From positions 64,001-128,000 of the forward strand of contig JAVJQW010000041.1 in the NCBI GenBank assembly GCA_040218735.1: a stretch of DNA of 64,000 bases, written 5' to 3'. The notes beneath the pieces are model-generated. The model was not told the origin of the DNA. It was given only the letters and a program-made list of their open reading frames with translations, and made no database searches. Shown here in pieces: positions 1 through 8,689 of the stretch (within the stretch, counting starts at the first letter, position 1; every line of letters begins with the position of its first letter). Source of the stretch: Deltaproteobacteria bacterium. GTDB lineage: Bacteria; Myxococcota; Kuafuiibacteriia; Kuafuiibacteriales; Kuafuiibacteriaceae. The translations under genes and the position numbers were made by a program.

Positions 1-87
1 CTGGTGCTGCTGGTGAAGGGCGCGTCGATGCCGGAGCACGTCCCGGCTCCGCTGCGTCACGTGCCGTGTTGGGAGTTCCTGCCGTGA
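1..87 (+). CDS. 3' end of a partial hypothetical CDS (LVLLVKGASMPEHVPAPLRHVPCWEFLP*)
   Basis: Frame 1 is open from the window edge with G/C-ending codons; its TGA (85-87) overlaps the GTG (84-86) of the next gene (GTGA coupling). Confidence 0.65.
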   Translation: MVLLVKGASMPEHVPAPLRHVPCWEFLP

Positions 88-2993
88 GCGACTACGGGCG
101 ACTCGGGCCTCGCATCCGAGAGAAGATCCTCGAACGCTCCCCCGAGCAGGGTGACGTGCACGAGGCGATCGAAGCGTTCGCCAACGATGTCGGCGCGCGG
201 CTGCTGCTCTCCGAGGGGGCCGGCGAGGTCGCGGTGCTCATCCCCGAGAGCGACGCGTACGAGGCGCCGAAGCGCCTGGAGATCTCCAACCGCGACAGCG
301 GCGCGCTGATCGACGCCGTGCCGCGCTCCGGCTCCGTGCAGATCGAAGGCGTCGGGCGCTTCAGCCGCTACGTCGTCGAGCCGCACCGACTCGAGAAGGC
401 GGCGGGCAAGGACGTCGCGCTCGGGATCCGCGGTGAGGACTGGTCACCGCTCGGCTTCGACGGGTGGTTCTTCGAGGACCTGCGCATGTGGGTCGACCTC
501 GCGCGTCGCGACGAAGGCCTGGAGGTTCGCTCCGAGCTGGACCCCGAGCCCGACGGCGAGACCTGGATGCGCCTCGAGGCGGACCAGCGGTCGGCGCTGG
601 AGAACGTGCTGCGTCGCGTGCTGCCGGACGTCGTGCATCGCTCGGTCCTCGACGAGGCGCAGGCGCTCGCGAAGGAGGCCAACGGTGCCTTCGACGCCGC
701 GCTCGACAGCATCGCACTTACGCTCGGGAGCAGCGCGCCCGTCGAGCCGGAGCTCGGTGCACCCGCGACGCTCGACGCTGCGGCGCCGGTGCTCGAGTCG
801 CTCTTCGGCGCAGGGGTGCTCGATCCGGACGCGACGCCGCCGAAGGGGTTGCTCGAGCTCGCCGCGGATCTGCTGAAGGAGCGCGGGCTGGAGGCGGCGC
901 CGGTGCGGTTGGCGCTCCGCGGTGACGCCGTGGACCGCGCCGATCTCGACGCGGCGCTCGAGCGCGCGATGGGGCGTCGCTTCGTGACCGACCGCGAGAT
1001 GACGACTTCGCTCGTCGACGCGATCATCGATCGCCACGGCGAGGCGATGTCGTTCGCCGACGTCGAGGTGCTGCGTGACCTTCGCGTGGAGCTCGAGGAG
1101 CGCGCGCAAGTCGAGTTGCTCGGGCCGCAGGTCGCCGACCGTACGCTTCCCACGGCCTCGGCCGACAAGGCCCTCGACGATCTCATGAAACACCTGAAGG
1201 GCGGCACCGGCGTGGACGACGCCGCGCTCTTCACGCTCGCTTCGAAGGTGCAAGGCGCGGTCAACGCACCGCGCGGGCGCCCGCACGTGGTCGTCGTCGC
1301 AGGCGATCTCGGGCCCGGCGCGAACGAGGTGCTCGACCGCGCGATGGAGCTCGTCGGCCCCGACGCCGTGAAGCTCGCGGGTGACGAGATGCGCCTGTTC
1401 GACCCGGTCGGTTACCTCACCGGGTCGCCGATGGGGGAGCACGGCGCGGCGCCGTCGCGGTTGGTCGCAGATGGCGGTCGCCTCGTGGCGCGCATCGACG
1501 GGCTCGAGAAGATCGGCGCGCAGCTCCCGGACGAGGCGCAGCGCGAGCGGACGGCCGAGAGCTTCTTCGGGTTCGTCTCGCACCTCGAGCGTGAGGGCTG
1601 GTACCGGCCCGCGGACGGCAAGGGCGCCAACACGCCGGACGGACGGATGCAGCTCGAAGGCGGGATGTTGGTGCTGACGACGAGCGACTCGCCGAAGGCG
1701 CTGTCCGCGAAGATGTCCGACGACGTCTGGGCGCAGCTCGCGCCGCACGTCGTGGAGCTGAAGACCTCCGATGCGACCCGCCTCGCGGACGAGATTGCGA
1801 CGCAGGTGCGGCGCGCCGTGATGGACGCCGGGGAGTATCCGGACGCCCAAGTGGAGATCGGCGACCGGGCACGCGCGATGATCCGCGACCTCGCGGACGC
1901 GGGCATGAAGCCGTCGGTGCTGTCGCAGACGTTGATCGACTTCCTGGTGGAGCGCGTCGCGTACGCGGCGCTCGACGGTGCGCTGTCGCCGAAGCTGCGG
2001 ATCGATCTGCACCGCGGGCTCACGTCGAAGGAGCGCAAGACGGTGGTGGACGCGTGGGGCGAGGGGACGTTCCCGTCGCTCGCGGGCATCGGCGGTTGCC
2101 CGTTGGTGCTGCTCGACGAGGGGCACTTCGAGGGGCAGGCGAAGGCGTTCGATCCGAAGATTCGGGTGCGTGGCGATCACGTCGACCCGCGGCTGCAGGT
2201 GGCGGAGTACCAGGTCGCCCTCGCGGCTTCGAACCGTGACAACAAGGAGCTGCTGTCGGCGAACCAGCGCCTGGCCGAGTGGCTCGACGCGGCCGAGACG
2301 CGCATCAGCGATCTCGGGTACGTGAACACGCGGCAGAAGGCGGAGATCAAGGACCTCGTGCGGCTCAACAAGATCGCGGAGGAGACGATCGCGAGCCTGC
2401 AGTCCGATCTCACCGAGGCCAACGTGCGCATCGAAGGGCTCAACGCCGACCTGAAGAAGGCGAAGGACGCCGCGGAGGAGATCCGCGCCGCGCTGAAGAC
2501 CGCCGAGTCCGAGCGCGACGAGATCTACAAGACGCTGCGTCAGACCGAGGACGAGTTCTCGGATGCGGTTCGTGAGGTCGCCGGCTCGGCCGACACCCGC
2601 GACCCGAACGCGGTGCTCAGCCAGGTCATCGCGACGGGGCTGACGCGGAATCGGTTCCGCGACGGGCTCACGGAGCAGCTCTTCATGATCGCGACGTCGC
2701 AGGCGCTGGAGCGCTCCGGCGTGTTTGCGCGGTCGTTCAACAAGTGGGGCGAGATCACCAAGCTCGCCAAGAACTACGTGCTGGCGTGCGCGGCGCTGGA
2801 TCGTCCGGTCGACGGGCGGATCCTGAACGGCTTCGAGCGCGCCGCGCGCCTGTCGGGGAATGGGCGCGAGCGCAACTTGGCGCAGGCGTGGGAGCGCGAC
2901 GTCGGGCTCCCGTCCGGGTACGCGGGGCGCGACCCGAACATGCTCACGCATTCGATTCGCCAGCTGGCGAGGCTGGGGCTCATCCGCCTCTAG
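84..2993 (+). CDS. Large hypothetical protein: unknown N-terminal domain + degenerate ClpA/B D2-like AAA+ module + coiled coil
   Basis: ORF 66..2993, start moved to the coupled GTG at 84. RPHVVVVAGDLGPGANE...YLTGSPMGEHG...RIDGLEKIG...LEREG...GMLVLTTS parallels the Clp D2 order (GPTGVGKT...LIGAPPGYVG...LDEIEKAH...LDDG...IIMTSN). Heptad-rich segment at ~2200-2570. Confidence 0.8.
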   Translation: MSDYGRLGPRIREKILERSPEQGDVHEAIEAFANDVGARLLLSEGAGEVAVLIPESDAYEAPKRLEISNRDSGALIDAVPRSGSVQIEGVGRFSRYVVEPHRLEKAAGKDVALGIRGEDWSPLGFDGWFFEDLRMWVDLARRDEGLEVRSELDPEPDGETWMRLEADQRSALENVLRRVLPDVVHRSVLDEAQALAKEANGAFDAALDSIALTLGSSAPVEPELGAPATLDAAAPVLESLFGAGVLDPDATPPKGLLELAADLLKERGLEAAPVRLALRGDAVDRADLDAALERAMGRRFVTDREMTTSLVDAIIDRHGEAMSFADVEVLRDLRVELEERAQVELLGPQVADRTLPTASADKALDDLMKHLKGGTGVDDAALFTLASKVQGAVNAPRGRPHVVVVAGDLGPGANEVLDRAMELVGPDAVKLAGDEMRLFDPVGYLTGSPMGEHGAAPSRLVADGGRLVARIDGLEKIGAQLPDEAQRERTAESFFGFVSHLEREGWYRPADGKGANTPDGRMQLEGGMLVLTTSDSPKALSAKMSDDVWAQLAPHVVELKTSDATRLADEIATQVRRAVMDAGEYPDAQVEIGDRARAMIRDLADAGMKPSVLSQTLIDFLVERVAYAALDGALSPKLRIDLHRGLTSKERKTVVDAWGEGTFPSLAGIGGCPLVLLDEGHFEGQAKAFDPKIRVRGDHVDPRLQVAEYQVALAASNRDNKELLSANQRLAEWLDAAETRISDLGYVNTRQKAEIKDLVRLNKIAEETIASLQSDLTEANVRIEGLNADLKKAKDAAEEIRAALKTAESERDEIYKTLRQTEDEFSDAVREVAGSADTRDPNAVLSQVIATGLTRNRFRDGLTEQLFMIATSQALERSGVFARSFNKWGEITKLAKNYVLACAALDRPVDGRILNGFERAARLSGNGRERNLAQAWERDVGLPSGYAGRDPNMLTHSIRQLARLGLIRL

Positions 2994-3004
2994 GAGCAAT
3001 CACC

Positions 3005-3745
3005 ATGTCGAGAACAGTCTACATCGATGGTCGAACCGTTCAGCTCATGGACTGCCACCGCATCATCAACGCGGCGATCGACGAGCTCAACGCGCGCCGC
3101 TCCGATTCGAACTGCGGTCACGCCGACGTCGTCAAGAGCGACCTCGACGTATCCAGCGCGGTCGAGGCGTTCCGCGAGTCGCGGTACCGCGACCAGATGG
3201 ACGAGCGGGACACGAACGAGCTGCAAGCCAAGTTGCAGAAGGACACGCCGGACTACTCGGCGGAGACGCTCGGCGACTGGCGGCCGGACGTATCGGTGCC
3301 GCCGGTGAAGGTCCACGAGAACGTGCGCGAGCAGGAGGGTGGGCGTCGGCTGGTCGAGATGCTCGACGTCCCCATGCTCGACGATCGCACGGCCGGGGTC
3401 GAAGGCGTGACGATCAGCGTCCTGGAGGTCGACGACGGCAGCGGCGGGACGTCCTACGAAATCGGGCTGGATTCGATCCTGTTCGACGACGAGGGCGAGT
3501 GGAAGTCGAGCAAGTCGAAGGCGGCCTGGGAGAGCTTCCTCGCGCGGCGCGCCGCCGAAGAGGGCGCGCAGGGCGACGCCGCACCGGCCCAGCGGAGCGG
3601 CGCAAAGGCCGAGCAGGCGATGCGCGTCGCGGGGCTCGCGAAGCAGGGGAGCCGGCGCGTCCCGGGCGGTCGAACGCAGACGGTGTTCGGCACGAACGAG
3701 ACGGTGACGAAGCCGGCCGCGAAGTCGTTCAAGGTCGGGGAGTGA
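3005..3745 (+). CDS. Hypothetical protein (246 aa, acidic core, basic/Ala-rich tail)
   Basis: ATG 3005 preceded by AGGAG (2992-2996); typical codon bias; the ORF-track extension to 2744 overlaps the upstream gene. Confidence 0.8.
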   Translation: MSRTVYIDGRTVQLMDCHRIINAAIDELNARRSDSNCGHADVVKSDLDVSSAVEAFRESRYRDQMDERDTNELQAKLQKDTPDYSAETLGDWRPDVSVPPVKVHENVREQEGGRRLVEMLDVPMLDDRTAGVEGVTISVLEVDDGSGGTSYEIGLDSILFDDEGEWKSSKSKAAWESFLARRAAEEGAQGDAAPAQRSGAKAEQAMRVAGLAKQGSRRVPGGRTQTVFGTNETVTKPAAKSFKVGE

Positions 3746-3749
3746 GTCG

Positions 3750-5645
3750 GTGACGGGAATCAAGAAAGACGTCCAGGCGAAGCTCGCGAGCGCGGGCCTC
3801 ACCGAGAAACACCTCGAAGAACCGGGGGCGCACGTCCTCGTCACCGACGGCGACGACCTGCACGTCCTCGTGCCGAAGTCCGAGGCGCACGCGGGGATCG
3901 ACAAGCTCGAGGCGGAGGTCGTCGGGCACCGTGGCGTCATCGACGTCACCGAGGCCGCCGAGTACGACATGGGCGAGCTCGGCGTGTGGCGCGACTTCGT
4001 CGTGTCGGATCTGCGCGGGGCTCAGCTCAACAAACTCGCCGCGAAGGGGACCGAGCTGCGGCTGTTTGCGCCCGACGTGGACGGGGACCCCTCGTTCTAC
4101 GCGTCGGTGGATCTCGCGTTTGCGATGATGGAGGTCGTTGGGCGCGAGCTGCTCGCGGTGCGTCCGATCCCCGCGGGGGTGCGCGACGGGAAGAACTTCG
4201 TCGAGGTGACGCCGAAGCAGCGGCAGGTGCTGCACGCGCTCCTCGGCCGGTGGGTGGACGACACGATCCCCGACCACAAACTCCTGGACGCCGCGCAGGC
4301 CTGGAGTTCGCTGCAGGCGGAGGTGTTCGATACCGGTGTCGTTGGCGCGCGGGCCCTCGGGTTGGTCCCGGGGCGGACCGCGGCGCCGCGCCCCGACGCG
4401 CTGTCGTCGGCGGACGGCGAGGGCGCGCACGGGATGGCCGCGGCGACGGTGAAGTACCTCGCCGAGTCCGGCGTGGACGTTCCGGACGCGGTCGACATCA
4501 CGTGGGCGGAGGCGACGATCGACGCGCTGCCGAACGACGTGCCGGAGCCGGTCGCGATGGACGTGCGCAACCTCCTCGGGCGGCTGCACGACGCGAAGGA
4601 TGCGGAGGCCGCGGCGCTGTTCGGGATGGACGAGGCGGTCGAGCCCGCGCCCGCGGAGCACTCCGGCCAGACGCGGTTCGCGCAGAGCGTAGAGCGGAGG
4701 TTGTCGCAGCTCTCGAAGGGGCTCGAAGGGTACGGCGTGCCAGCCGCGACGCAGAAGCGCCTCGCCGAGCAGCTCGCTTCGGCGATCGAGCCCAACCGCA
4801 ACCCGAGCCTGATCATCGTCGCGGGTGAGCGCGGGTCGGCGGGGAAGCCGGTATTCGATCTCGCGGTGTCGATCGTCGGCAAGCAGGCGCTCGAGGTGCA
4901 CGGTTCGGATCTCGCCGAGCCCGGGTGGTCGCTCCTGTTCGGACACAACAACGGCTTCCCCACCGAGGGCGACGCGTGGTTGTCGCAATCGAACCTCGAG
5001 AAACACCGCGAGACACCCGCCGACCACGTGCCGGTGGTGATCTCGAACCTTGCGGCGGCGGGCTCTGCGGAGCCGGACGACAAGGCGTTCCACCAGCGTG
5101 ACCTGATGGCGCGCATCGCGGAGTGGACGGGCACCGGAACGGTGAACGTCTTCGCGAAGGACGACGCCGGCGCGGCGAAGCAGTCCACGACGAAGCTCAC
5201 GAACACCGTCTTCATGGTGCGGTGGGAAGGCTCGCAGCAGGAGCTCGCCGAGGTGCTGAAGGGCGCTCCGGAGACGGCGGGGCTCGCGTCGCGGGTGATC
5301 GGCTTGGAGCCGTACGCGCCGGGCGATGCGGTGCACGCGCTCGTGCAGGAGGTGACGAACGACCTCGCGCAGCACTTTGGTCCACAGGGCTGCACGATCA
5401 CGCTCGACGCGGGTGTGGAGCGGGCGATCACCTCGGCGATGAAGTCGCTCGGGCCCGCGGCGGGGCGTGACCTGTTCTTCGAGCAGATGCGTCGCGAGGT
5501 GCGGGACGCCGTGGCGTCGCAGCCGTCGACGGCCTACACGCTGTCGATCAGCAAACGTCTGACGACGAAGGAGCAGGAGGGCCTCGCGCGCGGTCAGGCG
5601 CCGCAGGGTGTCGTGCCGCGTTGGTTCGGCGTACAGTCCGCCTGA
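3750..5645 (+). CDS. Paralog of 84..2993: unknown N-terminal domain + degenerate Clp D2-like AAA+ module
   Basis: IIVAGERGSAGKP...LLFGHNNGFPTEG...TKLTNTVFMV...LASRVIGLEPY...QGCTITLDAGVERAI follows the Clp D2 order; N-terminus aligns by eye with the 84..2993 protein. Confidence 0.8.
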   Translation: MTGIKKDVQAKLASAGLTEKHLEEPGAHVLVTDGDDLHVLVPKSEAHAGIDKLEAEVVGHRGVIDVTEAAEYDMGELGVWRDFVVSDLRGAQLNKLAAKGTELRLFAPDVDGDPSFYASVDLAFAMMEVVGRELLAVRPIPAGVRDGKNFVEVTPKQRQVLHALLGRWVDDTIPDHKLLDAAQAWSSLQAEVFDTGVVGARALGLVPGRTAAPRPDALSSADGEGAHGMAAATVKYLAESGVDVPDAVDITWAEATIDALPNDVPEPVAMDVRNLLGRLHDAKDAEAAALFGMDEAVEPAPAEHSGQTRFAQSVERRLSQLSKGLEGYGVPAATQKRLAEQLASAIEPNRNPSLIIVAGERGSAGKPVFDLAVSIVGKQALEVHGSDLAEPGWSLLFGHNNGFPTEGDAWLSQSNLEKHRETPADHVPVVISNLAAAGSAEPDDKAFHQRDLMARIAEWTGTGTVNVFAKDDAGAAKQSTTKLTNTVFMVRWEGSQQELAEVLKGAPETAGLASRVIGLEPYAPGDAVHALVQEVTNDLAQHFGPQGCTITLDAGVERAITSAMKSLGPAAGRDLFFEQMRREVRDAVASQPSTAYTLSISKRLTTKEQEGLARGQAPQGVVPRWFGVQSA

Positions 5646-5646
5646 A

Positions 5647-6654
5647 GTGGACCTCGACCGCGAGCCGCTCGCCATCTCCGTCGTCGAGCACGACGACACC
5701 GGCCGGGTGTCCTTCTCGGACGTCCCGGACCGGCTGATCCCCGCGTTGGTCGAGGCGTTCGGCGAGGAGCGCGTCGCGCGCGCGATTCACCCTTCGGACC
5801 CGGAGCGAGCGTTCTGGATGTCGCTGCCGGTGATGCCGAAGCGCACGCCGTGGCCGCGCTTCAAGAAGCTCTTCAAGAACGGCGAGCTCGAAAAACGCGT
5901 GCGTTCGATCGGCGAGGTGCGGCCCGCGCCTTACTTCATGACGGCCATCAACCTCTCGGACGAGCCGGTGCTCGGGAAGACCGGCGTCGTCTACTTCGTG
6001 TGCAAGAAGGGTTGCCACTTCTGCCAGTACCGCGACTTCGAGGAGCACACCGTCGACCCGGAGGGCCTCGCGCGTCGGATGCTCGCGCTCCAGGCGGGTG
6101 GCGCGGACAACGTGCAGTTCCTTTCACCGACGGCGTACACGAAGGCGATCGTCGTCGCGATCTACCTCGCGGCGCAGCGCGGCTTCTCGCTGCCGATCGT
6201 GCACAAGAGCGAGGGCGAGGACTCGCCGGAGGACCTCGCGCTGCTGGACGGGCTCGTCGACGTCTACGTGCCGGACGCGAAGTTCATGAGCCCGGACTGG
6301 TCGGCGCGCATCGGGTTGCCGGCCACGTACCCGGCGCGCATGCAGGCTTGCATCCAGGAGATGTACCGGCAGGTTGGCCCGCTCACGCGGCGCGCAGAGG
6401 ATTCGATCCTCCACGGCTCGGGGGTGTTGGTGCGCCACTTGTTGATGCCCCACGGGGTGCCCGAGATGCGCGAGGTGCTCACGTTCGTGAAGTCGATCGA
6501 CGAGCGCCTCCCCGCCCACATCATGACCGGTTACGAACCGCTGCACGACGCGGCGAACGTGGAGGGCATCGACCGGCCCGTCACGCCGGGGGAGATCCAC
6601 GCCGCCACGCAGGCGGCGCGGAAGGTGAACCTCGAGTTCTCGATCGTGCGGTGA
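5647..6654 (+). CDS. Radical SAM protein, PflX-like (PFL-activating-enzyme related)
   Basis: CxxxCxxC (CKKGCHFC) plus PflX-type motifs LLDGLVDVYVPDAKF, EMYRQVG, VLVRHLLMP; GTG 1 nt after the upstream stop. Confidence 0.85.
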   Translation: MDLDREPLAISVVEHDDTGRVSFSDVPDRLIPALVEAFGEERVARAIHPSDPERAFWMSLPVMPKRTPWPRFKKLFKNGELEKRVRSIGEVRPAPYFMTAINLSDEPVLGKTGVVYFVCKKGCHFCQYRDFEEHTVDPEGLARRMLALQAGGADNVQFLSPTAYTKAIVVAIYLAAQRGFSLPIVHKSEGEDSPEDLALLDGLVDVYVPDAKFMSPDWSARIGLPATYPARMQACIQEMYRQVGPLTRRAEDSILHGSGVLVRHLLMPHGVPEMREVLTFVKSIDERLPAHIMTGYEPLHDAANVEGIDRPVTPGEIHAATQAARKVNLEFSIVR

Positions 6655-6657
6655 GCC

Positions 6658-7317
6658 TCACCAGGGGAGCGCTTCACCGTTGGCGTGGAAGAACGTGCCG
6701 CTCGACTCCATCGACAACGCGTCGAAGCGTTCGATCAACCCGCGCGCCGACTCTTCCGGCGTGACGTTGCCGCTGCCGCCCGTCATCTCGGTCTGAACGA
6801 ACCCGGGGTGGAGGAGGCCGACGGCGATGCCGCGCGGGCGGAGGTCGTGCGCCAGCGAGCGGCCGACCATGTTCACGGCCGCCTTGGACATGCGGTAGCC
6901 GTACATTCCGCCGGAGGTGTTGTCGGCGAGCGAACCCATGCGGCTGGTGACGATCGCGACCTTCGCGCCTTCTTTGAGTCGGGGGAGGAGCGCGACGGTC
7001 ATGCGCAGCGGGCCGATCGCGTTGACCTCGAACTGTTCGCGGATGCCGACGAGGTCGATCGCGCCCAGGCCGTCGGGCCGGAGGATGCCGGCGTTGTTGA
7101 ACAGCCCGTCGAGCTGGACGTCGGCGATGCGATCGGCGAGGACGTCGGCGCCGTCGTCAGCGACGTCGATTCCGCCCTCGACGCGGCAGCCGACCGCCTT
7201 CAGGCCGTCGGAGGGGGTGCGGCAGGCGGCGATGACTTCGTCGCCGCGCGCGGTGAGTTGCCGGGTGATTTCGAGGCCGATGCCGCGGTTGGCGCCGGTG
7301 ACCAGGATTGTCGCCAT
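6658..7317 (-). CDS. SDR family oxidoreductase (CsgA/C-factor-like subgroup)
   Basis: TGANRGIG, NNAG, YRMSK catalytic motif, HPGFVQTEM. Confidence 0.92.
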   Translation of the reverse strand: MATILVTGANRGIGLEITRQLTARGDEVIAACRTPSDGLKAVGCRVEGGIDVADDGADVLADRIADVQLDGLFNNAGILRPDGLGAIDLVGIREQFEVNAIGPLRMTVALLPRLKEGAKVAIVTSRMGSLADNTSGGMYGYRMSKAAVNMVGRSLAHDLRPRGIAVGLLHPGFVQTEMTGGSGNVTPEESARGLIERFDALSMESSGTFFHANGEALPW

Positions 7318-7349
7318 GCGCGAATCGTGACGGGCGTCGGCGTGGGTGT

Positions 7350-8684
7350 CTACTCCTCGGGGCTGAGGCCGTAGCGTTTGAGTTTGTCGAGGAGCGTGAC
7401 GCGTCCGACGCCGAGCGCGCGTGCGGCCTCCGATCGGTTCCAGCCCGTGCGTTCCAGCTCTGCGAGGATCAAGCCGCGTTCGTACGCGTCGACGCGGGCC
7501 TTGAGCGTGAGCGGGGTTTCGGCGCCGGTGTCGACGCCGAGGTCTTCGATCAGGTCGTCGCTCGCCAGCGCGACGAGGCGTTCGACTTCGTTCTCCAGCT
7601 CGCGGACGTTGCCCTTGTAGCTGCCGGCCATCAGGCGCGCGCGCGCGTGGGGGCCGAGGCGGGCATTCTTGAGGCCGAAGCGGTTCGCGTAGCGTTTCAC
7701 GAAGTGTTCGATGAGCGGCTCCAGGTCCTCCGGGCGTTCCCGGAGCGGGGGGAGCGCGATCTGGACGACGTCGAGCCGGTAGAAGAGGTCTTCGCGGAAG
7801 TCACCGGCCTTCACGCGGGCTGCGAGGTCGGCGTGGGTGGCGGCGATGATACGGACGTCGACCTTTCGGGGTTGGTCGTCGCCGACCGCGCGGACCTCGC
7901 CGGCCTGGAGCGTGCGGAGCAACTTGCCTTGCACGGACAGATCGAGCTCCGCGATCTCGTCGAGGACCAACGTGCCGCCGTCGGCGCGACCGAACAGACC
8001 TTCGCGCCGACGTACCGCGCCGGTGAACGCACCCTCCGAGTGACCGAACATCTCGTCCTCCGCGACCTCGCGGGGGAGGGCGGCGCAGTTGAACTTCACG
8101 AACGGGGCGTCCCGACGCCCGCTCGTGGCGACGAGCGCGTCGGCGACGAGCTCCTTGCCGGTGCCGCTCTCGCCGTGGATGAGCACCGTAACGTCCTTGG
8201 GGCCGACGCGCTCCACGACCTCCGCGATGCGGCGCATCTTCTCGGAGCGGAAGATCATGTGCTGGCTCAGGTGGAGCGCCGCGCGGAGCCGGCGGTTCTC
8301 GTGCACGAGCCGCGCGGTCTCGGTGGCGCGGGTGACGACGCGCGCGACGTCGTCCACGTCGAACGGCTTGGGGAAGTAGTCGAAGGCGCCGTTCTTCATC
8401 GCCTCGACGGCGGCGGACTCGGAGCCGTGCGCAGTGATCATCACGACCTTGATCCCCGGGTGCAGATCGACGGCGTGTCTCAGCACCGCCATGCCGTCGG
8501 CGCGCGGCATCCTGAGGTCCGTGATCACGAGGTCGACCGGGCCTTCGTCGAGGCGTTCGATCGCGGCCTGACCGTCGGCCGCTTCCTCGACCGCGACGTC
8601 GAGCTCTTCGAGCACTTCACGCAGCGTGAAGCGGACCCCGTCGTCGTCGTCGACGAGCAGCACCGTGGGGTGGTCCTTCGACAT
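7350..8684 (-). CDS. Sigma54-dependent response regulator (NtrC family: REC-AAA+-Fis HTH)
   Basis: LLVDDD, DLRMP receiver; GESGTGKE, GAFTGA, LDEI, FREDLFYRL; C-terminal HTH. Start at MSKDHP. Confidence 0.95.
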   Translation of the reverse strand: MSKDHPTVLLVDDDDGVRFTLREVLEELDVAVEEAADGQAAIERLDEGPVDLVITDLRMPRADGMAVLRHAVDLHPGIKVVMITAHGSESAAVEAMKNGAFDYFPKPFDVDDVARVVTRATETARLVHENRRLRAALHLSQHMIFRSEKMRRIAEVVERVGPKDVTVLIHGESGTGKELVADALVATSGRRDAPFVKFNCAALPREVAEDEMFGHSEGAFTGAVRRREGLFGRADGGTLVLDEIAELDLSVQGKLLRTLQAGEVRAVGDDQPRKVDVRIIAATHADLAARVKAGDFREDLFYRLDVVQIALPPLRERPEDLEPLIEHFVKRYANRFGLKNARLGPHARARLMAGSYKGNVRELENEVERLVALASDDLIEDLGVDTGAETPLTLKARVDAYERGLILAELERTGWNRSEAARALGVGRVTLLDKLKRYGLSPEE

Positions 8685-8689
8685 CGTGC

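Noticed and set aside
444-2999. 851-aa antisense ORF, and similar long shadow ORFs (7308..9476, 22393..25122, 46856..48472 and others)
   Set aside because: Arg/Pro/Ala-rich translations opposite well-supported genes; expected from stop-codon scarcity at high GC.
84-5645. Calling the two large genes clpB/clpV or their pseudogenes
   Set aside because: No Clp_N or D1 domain, no T6SS genes nearby, and intact frames with normal codon bias.
5647-6654. Radical SAM as the QhpD-type maturase of the qhpC-like peptide
   Set aside because: No SPASM Cys motifs or RRE domain, PflX-type motifs instead, and 40 kb away in a different operon.
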